From contig JAAOMT010000009.1 in NCBI GenBank assembly GCA_016748015.1, forward strand, positions 16,456 through 80,455: a stretch of 64,000 nt of DNA. Direction: 5' to 3'. Below are positions 1 through 9,029 of this stretch, piece after piece. This DNA is from Geosiphon pyriformis uo1. Taxonomy: Eukaryota; Fungi; Glomeromycota. The notes beneath the pieces are model-generated. The model was not told the origin of the DNA and did no database searches. It worked only from the letters and a program-made list of their open reading frames with translations. A program made the translations under genes and the position numbers. Each line of letters begins with the position of its first letter. Within the stretch, counting starts at the first letter, position 1.

Positions 1-68
1 AGTACGCCAATATCCAAAACTTCATTCTTTTTCTCGCACATTGCTTGTAAATTTTCTCGTTATTTAGG

Positions 69-1341
69 ATGACCACCGAGTATACCGCATTTCTCAGTTG
101 GATGAATTCGCACAAATTCGTCACCAAACGGTTGACAAGTTTCACCGATCTTGCTGATGGCGTAGCCTTCGGTCAGTTGCTCTATTGCTTAGACGCTGAG
201 TCGTTCAAACCCTGTGAGCAATATTGTACGTTGGAATTCAACAAAACAAACTGGAAACTTCAATATATCCACCTCGCTGAAATATACGTTTTGGTGATGC
301 AATATTTCGAACGTGAAAAGCCAGATCTACTTTTGCCTCTTACAAACATGGAGCCGCCCAATGTATATGCGATTGCACGAAATAGCGATATTTCAGAGCT
401 GCTCAAATTATGCTATTTTATCTACATGATTGATTTAATTGTAAATTGTACGACTGAACGCCTCAAAGAATGCATGCCTCTTACAAACTCTGAGGCATCT
501 GACAGAGTGGAGTTTTTGATTATTTCACCATCTTCGCCATTCGAACATCTGGTTTTGAAATTGCATCAAACCATTCAACATAATCATGATCAGGATGATT
601 TGTTAGAGCATACCCAGAATGATGATGCCCTAAACGAGCTAAATGATCTCCAACAAGAAAATCTTGAATTAGAGGCAGAGAACAAACTTGTGCAAACAAA
701 ATGTGAATATTTGAAGATAAAATTGGAAGAGGAAAAAACTAAAATAGAAAATCTTAATAAATCCATTTCCTCACTCAAACTAGAGAAGTGGAAATTTCAA
801 AATAAGCTCAATGAATTAAATAAAGAATTCGAATATGTCAGAGCACAAGCAGACGAGGCTGTGCACTTGAAAACAGAAATCAAAATGCTAAAAGGAAAAC
901 TTCAAGATTCAGAGGAGCAGAATGCACATCTAATCTCAATGGTGGACAAAAGTCGAGAAGAGGCTTTACAATTGGAACTCGAGTTAAAAGAGTCCGCAAA
1001 ACATATGCAACAAATCGAAATTACGTGTCAAGAATTCGAAAATGCTAATAACAGCCTTGGGGTTGAATTGATGCAGAATAAAAAAAAATGCCAAGAATTA
1101 CTTTTAAAGGAAACAGAAAATGCAGCTTTAAATAAAACGATGAGGGAACATGAAACTGTTGGTAAGTCTTCAGAGATGCGATTCTTGCAAGTTTCAATAA
1201 TCTATTATTGAAAAAACTTTTTTTTGATTGATCGTTTCAGCCATCGAGTTGTTGAGACGAATCAAAAAGCTTCAAAGCGAGAAAGAACACCTGCAAGAAA
1301 TATTAGAAAGGAAGGATTATCTAATTTCTAGACAGCAGTAA
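69..1341 (+). CDS. Hook-family (HkD/calponin-homology-like N-terminus + coiled coil) protein, short form
   Basis: N-terminus (LTSFTDLADGVAFGQLLYCLD...NWKLQYIHLAEIY...YFE) matches the Hook domain pattern and is followed by a long heptad coiled coil. An intron at 1162-1240 (GTAAGT...TTTCAG) keeps the frame open to TAA at 1339-1341. A further intron at 1338-1414 could extend the CDS to about 1514. Confidence 0.7.
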
Positions 1342-2537
1342 GTTTTACCAAATTTGGAATTCTTGTTTTTGATGAATTTAATCCTCCAACATTGCTGTCT
1401 GATAATTATTTTAGGGTTGGTTGGGGACCTAACGAGCGTTCTTCCTTCTCATTTGCCATGCTCGAATTCATTTGTGGACAATTTGGAATATTTTTTGACG
1501 AGTCTGGAAACTAAATCCCTTGAGTCAAAGGTTTGCTGTTCCAAAGAACCTGGAAGAGCAGTAAATATCTCGTTCGGTTGGTTAAATAGATATCTTGAAA
1601 GCAATTGTCAATCTGTACATTTTTTCTCAACAGATTATCATAAATACACTTTATGTTTTTGATCCGAATGCATTTATCGCATCTCACATTTCATACTAGC
1701 TGAATTTATAAAAAGTTCCCTCTAGATTCAATCTTCATTTCATAGATTTAACTGTGGTTATCATCAAAACAATAAAAAATCAAATTAGTGAATGTGTCAT
1801 TTTTAGAGAAGGTTGATATTTAATGTTCAAGTACAGGTTAAATATTGAGATGATTTTTCTGCTACAAATGCCATTTTTCAAAGGTGTTATTCGAGCGAAT
1901 ATAAATTAAATTTTTAGTGTTATGAATAAAAACTGAGTAGACAACATTTTTCCGTCATTAAAATTCTAGGGTAAGAGATAGTTGATGACTATTATAGGCT
2001 TCTCCCGGGATAAGCTGCTCCTTTTTGTGTGGAGCGGTAAATGAATTCATATTACGTGTTTAGAGAGATATTTTAATAAAATCCTCAAAAAAAACAATAT
2101 TCATTCAAATAGTAAGATGAAAGAAAAAAAGATTATTCTTGTAACATAAACCATGAGTTTTTACCCCCTAAATCAGTAGAATTAGCCTAAGAAGAATCCT
2201 AATAACTAATTTATCAAAGTTAAAAACGGAAGCTTATATAGGAAGCTCTGATTTTAAGATATATAGCAGTGATGGGATTAGCCGTTTTTTCCAAGGTTTT
2301 CATTCAAGCAAACTTAATATCAAGTATATGTCTAAATATTCTTTTCATTGTGCTACCCATTTTGTAATAGCTATGAACTTTTTCCACCAAATTTAGAAAT
2401 CTTTGTAAAACAATCTACTAAAAATGATTCTTTTTAGAATCTCTGGGAATCGCAAAATTTCTATAAGTAAAGTTCTTTTTCAAATAGGTTGGATTTTAGT
2501 AATGCAGAAGTTATATTCAGACAAAAATACAACGTCC

Positions 2538-3392
2538 TCAATGATTAGACTTGAATATTGTTGCCAAACAATCCAGGGACTCATCATAATTCATCTGAAT
2601 CAATTTTCGGTAAACCTTGATTGCGGCGTGAACATCAAGCTGTGTGCCAAACCCAGCTTGATAGCAAAATCCTAAACTATAAAAACTCGTTGAACTACCA
2701 ATATCAAAGCAAGCTTCTTGTTGGGAAGCACATTTATACCAATAAATTGCTTTTCTTGCATCTCGCCTAATTCCTTTTCCCCTTAAATATGCATCGCCAA
2801 GAAAACTCTGTGAGAACGATTCTCCAGCCTGAGCACCTTTTTGGAACCATCTTACAGCCTCAGCATGGTCTTTATTTGTTCCAACTCCATAGAAATAACA
2901 GGATCCAACATTAGTTTGGCCAAACACATTTCCACCTTTAGCAGCATTTGAATAATGAAAAAATGCTTTTTCGGAATTTTGTGGACAGCCTATTCCTTCT
3001 TGATAACATCCGCCTAATTCATTCTCAGCTTGCAAATCCCCTCGGTCTGCCGCAATCTCGTACCATTTAAATGCATTTCCCGGATCTTGTGCGGTCCCGA
3101 TTTCCCAGCGAACTAAGAAGGCGAGGCAGTAAATGTTGCTGGGGTCGGCATCTTTTTCTTTTTCTAATTCTACGAATAACTTTTCAGGATCAAGTGACTC
3201 TGAATTAAGCCATTGATGGATACGCTTTACGATATGTCTATCTTCTTCGAAACAACTATTTCCCTGGTTGATTATTTCACGAAGATTACCTAAAATGGAA
3301 TCACCAGTAAACAGGGTGTCACCTGGAGAGTTTGGTGAATCAAATATCCTAGTTTTACTGATCCCAATTTCAATTTTTGTCTGATCTTCCAT
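2538..3392 (-). CDS. Sel1-like repeat (HCP-like) protein
   Basis: About 5 Sel1 repeats (AENELGGCYQEGIGCPQNSEKAFFHYSNAAKGG; GQTNVGSCYFYGVGTNKDHAEAVRWFQKGA...). First ATG at 3392; intronless. Confidence 0.9.
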   Translation of the reverse strand: MEDQTKIEIGISKTRIFDSPNSPGDTLFTGDSILGNLREIINQGNSCFEEDRHIVKRIHQWLNSESLDPEKLFVELEKEKDADPSNIYCLAFLVRWEIGTAQDPGNAFKWYEIAADRGDLQAENELGGCYQEGIGCPQNSEKAFFHYSNAAKGGNVFGQTNVGSCYFYGVGTNKDHAEAVRWFQKGAQAGESFSQSFLGDAYLRGKGIRRDARKAIYWYKCASQQEACFDIGSSTSFYSLGFCYQAGFGTQLDVHAAIKVYRKLIQMNYDESLDCLATIFKSNH

Positions 3393-3534
3393 AATAAATT
3401 GAAATTTTTGCTTCACTATATCTACAATGTATTGAAATTGGTCAAATAACAGCTTTTTTAAATAAATGATGAATTCGAACCGCAAGCAACCTAAACTTGG
3501 AAAATTCACGTGAAAATTTTACACAGATGCTGTA

Positions 3535-4441
3535 CACTATCTCCAAAAAGTAACGCCTAATTCGTATGTGTAACCATTTTTCCTTTTGAGGTTTTTTACT
3601 TTTTACGACTTGATAAAAATTATCATATCGTTATGCAAAAAAAATGACGTATGCTCGTACACAGCTTAACGAAAAAGGGAAGATTCTGAAATACATAGAA
3701 CCATAAATGCCGCTCAAACCGCAAAAATGCTTGGAGGTGACCCCACAACAAATGGCCGCTTTATTATCAAGTACAAAAGAACAAGAACAGGAAAAAGTAA
3801 AACTTACCACGTTCCAGAAGACCACCAGTTCTTTGCCACTACGAAAATATTTACTTGTATGTAAAGCCAACTAAAAATGACATCTCCACTCCACAGAATT
3901 GTCAACAATTTAGGTCTTTCAACTGCCGCAGCAGATGAACTGTACAACTCTAGACTTTATTCACGTATCAAGGCAGCAAAGAAACCCTATATCTCAAAAT
4001 GCTTATACACGTCTTAGGTGGTGCGAGAAAAATAAACACAAAACCGCTAAGATTGGGCAAAATTTATATCCTCCAATGAATCGAGTATGGAAATTGGGAA
4101 GTAATCACGAGAACCAAGAGTTTGGCGGCACAATGGAGAGAAATTGCTTGGCCCCTACTTTCAAAAGTGGACGGAGATCCGTAATGATTGGGGGTTAAAA
4201 GGACCATTAGTATTATATGATGAATGAAAAAAATGGTGAAAAAATAAATTCAAATACTTTGAAATTTGATGCCCTGTTCTCGAAGAGGTCATTGCCTCAA
4301 CCCTCCTTGGGATTGAGGGCCAACAGAGTATTAATTGTATATAATTTTTTATTTGATGTAAATTGTCAAAAAAAAAATCAAATGGAAAAGTATCGAAATT
4401 TTTGTATTCAATTTTAAATTGGGCGTTACTTTTTGGGACTG
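3535..4441 (+). mobile_element. Degenerate Tc1/mariner element, internally deleted
   Basis: Imperfect TIRs sharing CCAAAAAGTAACGCCYAATT (left from 3535, right ending 4441), both flanked by TA. Frameshifted transposase motifs NLPRSRRPP, AAKKPYIS, SNESSMEIGK and CLAPTFKSGRRSVMIGG. Confidence 0.85.
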
Positions 4442-4934
4442 TAAATTCAATCAAGCCCCAAATGCTCATCAAGGAACTTAAGTGGCTAGTTATTTTTACA
4501 AATTCATTTTAGCTTTAAAGTTTAAATATAAATTTCTTTATTTTCAACTCTACAATATTTTGGTTAAATTTGTGGTTTGATGTTAAGGATTTCAAAAAAT
4601 CGATTATTTATACAAAATTGAGGTTTAATGTACTCACGTCAAATGTGTAGCAATTTTTAAATAAGAGCAAGTTTCTATATCATTCGCATTTTTTTTAATA
4701 AATTTATCGGAATCCTCTTTAAATCTCGAATATCTTACATTGAATTTTATGAGGCCATAGGTAAATGAAATACAATTTTTAAAATGACAAATATCGTTTT
4801 TATTTTTTGGCATTATTAAAATAATAATTTTTATTGTGCTCAGTTAGATCACCCAGCGAACGAAAAGAGCTAAAGATAAATAAAATAATTTGTTCTTCAT
4901 TTGACAAACGTTTTTAACCAATTTTTTTACTTCA

Positions 4935-5801
4935 ATGCCTCGGATTTCATAAGAAAAACGCTCCCAAATATATACACTGTGAGAAGAAAGATATACGGTC
5001 TGCGAAATTGCTGCATCAGGGCAGGTAGCCCCGGCTTCGGTCTAAACATCTGCAAAAATAAAGAAAAATCAGGAACTTTAATGACAAACCAAAACCTGGT
5101 CACTCTTTTGGATCGTCATAAACGGAATGCCGTCTTACTGATAACATCTGGAAAATATTCTACTGCCTTTGAAGTCCAACACCAACTCCAAACTGGCCTA
5201 GGAGTCCATTTACCGGTGGAAATTATATGGCGTATACTCCGGCAGCATGGATTATGTGCCAGAATTAAGTGATGCCTCACACCTAAGCACAAAAATGTCG
5301 ACTCGCTTGGTCAAAAAAATACAGTTGATGATTGGCGACAAGTAGTCTAATCTGACGAAAGCAAGTACCAGTTATTCAGGTCGGATGGGCAAAATTATTG
5401 TTGGAAGATGCACGGTGAGTGATTGAAAAATTGCCATATTACCCAACTGTAAAATTTAGTAGTCACTCAATTATGATGGAGTTGGTGAGCCCCGAAAAAT
5501 TGACGGCAGATGATTACGGAATAAAAATATATATCTATTAAATTCACTTTTGGAGACAATGCTGGATAAGGACAAAAGTTTTTTTCAGCAAGTAAATGAT
5601 CCGAAACACACTTCGATTGAACATCTCAGTCACCTGACTTAAACCCAATCGAGCATTTATATAATGACTTCCTGGTCTACTTTCCAATTACAAATTGCCT
5701 GGAATAGCATCAAAATTGATTCTTGTGAAAAGGTTAATTGATTCAATGCCAAAGAGGGTTATGGATTTGATAGAAGCAAAAGGTGGAAACGAAGATCATT
5801 A
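4935..5801 (+). pseudogene. Tc1-like DDE transposase pseudogene
   Basis: Broken frames contain MPRIS*EKRSQIYTL, SDESKYQLFRSDG, QQVNDPKHTS, QSPDLNPIEHL and IDSMPKRVMDLIEAKGG. No convincing TIR pair was found. Confidence 0.85.
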
Positions 5802-6514
5802 GTCTTAGTTTGATAATATATAATGTGTTTTTTTAGCAGCTTCTAACATTTACTTAAGGAGAATCTTGTCATTAAATGTTATTTTCCAAATCGGTCACTA
5901 TACACTGAATGTAAATTTTGAATTTTAATTATTTTTCATTTAAACAATAGAAAAAATTAAAATGTACTTAAGCCACGTGCAATTCTTCAATGGCGAGATA
6001 TTCGGGTCTCGCCATTTCTTTCTCATGTTTAGTTTCTTCTGTGAGGAACTGTAAACCATTTTATGAATGCTCATTGGAATTCAAGTTTTTTTTTTACAAA
6101 AGAAAACCAACATTAATCAAGAGAGCATCGTTTATTATAGCATTTGAAAACTGTAAATCTTGCAAATAACCAGATCAAAACTTTCCCCCACCCATGATGG
6201 AGTTCAGGATGACTAAATATTCTATTCATTGGATATCAACCAGCAAAAGATTTTGAGATTTGAGAATTCTTTTAATATAGACGGAGTAAGAAAATCAAAA
6301 CCTATTTCTCTAGCAAACAACGCTGTAAATTTTTCTATGGAGCGATTTTATCACTCAATTATAACATCATGGTTCAAGCAAAAAAATCCCTTTGATTTAT
6401 TTATTGATGAAATAATGATATAAAAGAGGTTAGATTTCTTAAAATTAACTAAGAAATTAAACCATTATTCGTAAAGACCATTTCATAAAAATCTGTAACT
6501 TGAAAAGGTGAGTC

Positions 6515-7470
6515 ATGATAGAAAACTCAACAAAAACCTTTAATACAATTTCCCCAAGTGTACGGCAACGATGCCGAAACGCTGGGTATGCTTACCAAAA
6601 GCTAGCCTCGTCACACGGTTGGCAAAACCCAGATGGCAGCATGCTCCCTATATCAGCAGAAAATCTCACAAAATATATTAGGTACAAAGCATACACCAAT
6701 AAAGCAAATAGTATTGACTGGTGGATTTATTGTTTGGGAAAATATCACGATGAGACGCCTGGTTGGAATGCACGTTGGGAAAAATCAAGGAATGATCCCA
6801 AGGTTCAACAGATTTTAAGAGAAATTAAGAATAAAAGTGAAAACTCGGTGGTCATATTTAAGAAGGCCAAAATAAAACCGAAGAAACAGGAAACACAAGG
6901 TGAATTAGCAATGAAGAAAGTGAATGAGGGTAAGAATTTTTGTTAGGTTTAATGTTTATCTGCTCAAATCAAACGAATATTCTGTAAAGTTGACATTTCA
7001 GGTATCACAAAGAAATCTTGCAACATTGAGCTTGACATGTTACAGCCTATGAAAAAATCCAAACCACTTGTAAGCTTCATTAACTGTGGCCCATTTTTTC
7101 AAATCTCAATTTGAACTTTAAAAGACCTCGAAATTTAAATTTCAGAAAAATATTAAGCCAACATATGAAAGCATTCTGGAATCCTTAGAAAAAGAATATG
7201 TTGGGAAGTGCAAATACCATCCTATGGGGTGTTTTGAATTTGAAAATGGCGGACATTTAAAACTCACAGAAGCAATGCTTCGTAAATGGGCATATTGTAT
7301 TGTGAGTATTTCACTCTTGTCTTTTTAAATTAAAATTTTTTTATAAGTCAATTTAACATATATGCCAAAACTTTTTTTAGTCGTTTGGGGATGAGAATGT
7401 AACAAAAGATTCTTTACCTTACACTTTGAGCATGCCCGAGTTCTGGCCATGTTTTGCGAAAGATATATAA
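6515..7470 (+). CDS. 4-exon hypothetical protein (~245 aa): tyrosine-recombinase core-binding (SAM-like)-like N-terminus + CxxH/C...H...WA C-terminal domain
   Basis: Exons 6515-6929, 7002-7069, 7125 (or 7146)-7301 and 7381-7470 have GT-AG boundaries and give one open frame ending ...WPCFAKDI*. The domain call rests on motif resemblance only. Confidence 0.7.
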
Positions 7471-7797
7471 AAAAAGGACTCGAGAAACTAATGCTTTGAA
7501 AGAAAGTTTGATCATATCAATATCCACATAAGAAGCTCAATGCTAATGTGTACTGATCTCGGTCATCTCGCCGAAACGCTCATTTTTTTCATTTTTTAAA
7601 AATGATTTATCTTTACAGATCAAAGGATTTTCACTAACCATTTTGTGGATGGTTGTGGGCGGTTGGCCAACGCCATCCCAATGAGGCTTGAATAATTATA
7701 TGTGGCGATCATTAAATACTTGGGATAAATTCTATCTCATTATTAAATGATCCAGAAACATTTTTAACTATTACAAAATGTGGGGAAGTCGGATGGA

Positions 7798-8500
7798 CTG
7801 TAATATATCAATAATAGGCAATACTAAGTACAATTACTATTTCCTGCATGATCTTCAAAGAGAATCAATGCTCCATCAAGCAATGTCCGGAGTAAAAATT
7901 CCTAGAATGTCATTTTCATTTCTATCTGTTACAGTTCTACAATTTTGGCAGTTATACATCTCAGATCTTTTAATGTTTTGGATGTTTTCACAACAACTGC
8001 AAGTCTTGAATGTATAAGCTTCATTTTGAATGATAATATGAACTTCCAATTCTCTGCTTTGGCTATTAAATATTGTTGAAATTGATAATATGTTCAGCTA
8101 AGCATGTTTTCTGTTTTTTTTTGTATTTTTTTGTTTTTATACTTTCTTTTGTATCTTGCCGCTCATTATTCTTGCATTCTGCAAATAAAGACAATTTTAA
8201 TGACAAAAATGTTCTTGACTAGCTCATATTCATTAAAGATCAACTTATTGAAAAAGATAATTATGTTAAGTAATCATAATTTGTATGATCCTTTTGCAAC
8301 TTGCTTGTTCCAATAGGACTTTTAGAAGCTACTTTTGTTCAAAACCCTCTTTGCTTGGCATTAAAAACATGTGCATATAAATAATCTTTTTTGAAGATGA
8401 TGATAGTAGTAATAGTAATGGTGGTGGAGTAGTAAGATTAACATTTTGAGAAGCTAGCTCAGAAAAAAAGAGAAAGTAAAAAGGTGGCTTTTATAATCCA
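7798..8500 (-). mobile_element. Decayed, internally deleted IS607-like element (serine-recombinase TnpA remnant + TnpB/Fanzor2-like C-terminus)
   Basis: Manual minus-strand translation. TnpA-like segments: KDYLYAHVFNAKQRG (~8345-8390), KVLLEQASCKRIIQIMIT (~8270-8322) and ELVKNIFVIKIVFICRMQE**AARYK (~8150-8225). These run into a TnpB-like segment: MLS*TYYQFQQYLIAKAE/ELEVHIIIQNEAYTFKTCSCCENIQNIKRSEMYNCQNCRTVTDRNENDILGIF/LRTLLDGAL (~8105-7860). Element ends are approximate. Confidence 0.8.
7824..8105 (-). pseudogene. TnpB/Fanzor RuvC-II + zinc finger + RuvC-III remnant
   Basis: NEAYT(F)KTC matches the RuvC-II Glu motif. CSCC...CQNC is the zinc finger. DRNENDILGIF is an eroded DRDxNGARxI RuvC-III motif. 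One stop and two frameshifts. Confidence 0.85.
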
Positions 8501-8804
8501 GAGAAAATCAAGAATAATAAAGCGAAAAAAAAGGTATATGCTTTCATTACTTAACTTTTTATGGCAACAGTCAGGAAACGGCGACAGCGGGGTGATGTCA
8601 AAAGGGGCAAATAATAAGTAACACTAGTAATTTGTAATTTTTAACATTTGGTTCAGCTATTGAATTTCGGTTTCTCATGACATTCTTAAGCTACCATCAT
8701 CAGAATGAATCTCGGAGAACTTAAATTCTATCCGATCGTTGATGCATAAATAAATAGGGAACTTACGTTATATTGCTACTTAGTTGATCCCATCGGAACC
8801 CATA

Positions 8805-8831
8805 ATTCACGGATTTCCGTGAATACGCTAG
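8805..8831 (+). other. Possible Helitron 3' terminus (hairpin + CTAG|T)
   Basis: Perfect 9-bp-stem palindrome ATTCACGGA-TT-TCCGTGAAT (8805-8824) followed by ACG-CTAG and then T. No 5' end or RepHel sequence was identified. Confidence 0.35.
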
Positions 8832-9029
8832 TTGCAAAGAGGAGAATGTAGCTAATTTTATATCTCCATTCTGCACTTTATTTATTTGTATGGTAACATC
8901 TCATTATCTAAAATAGGAAATTGCTATGCCATTGAAAATGATCATTTGGAATTAAAAGTATTTTATTCTTTCACAATCAAAATCATATCGTTACAAGTAA
9001 GATCAGAGAATAAATAACGGCTCCGTTTT

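Noticed and set aside
4750-5905. TIRs for the second Tc1 relic
   Set aside because: Only a short AATGACAA match, not enough to define ends.
8260-8325. Alternative frame KSYWNKQVAKGSYKL* resembling a Fanzor N-terminal motif
   Set aside because: It overlaps the frame that matches TnpA in the correct order between two other TnpA motifs, so it is probably coincidental.
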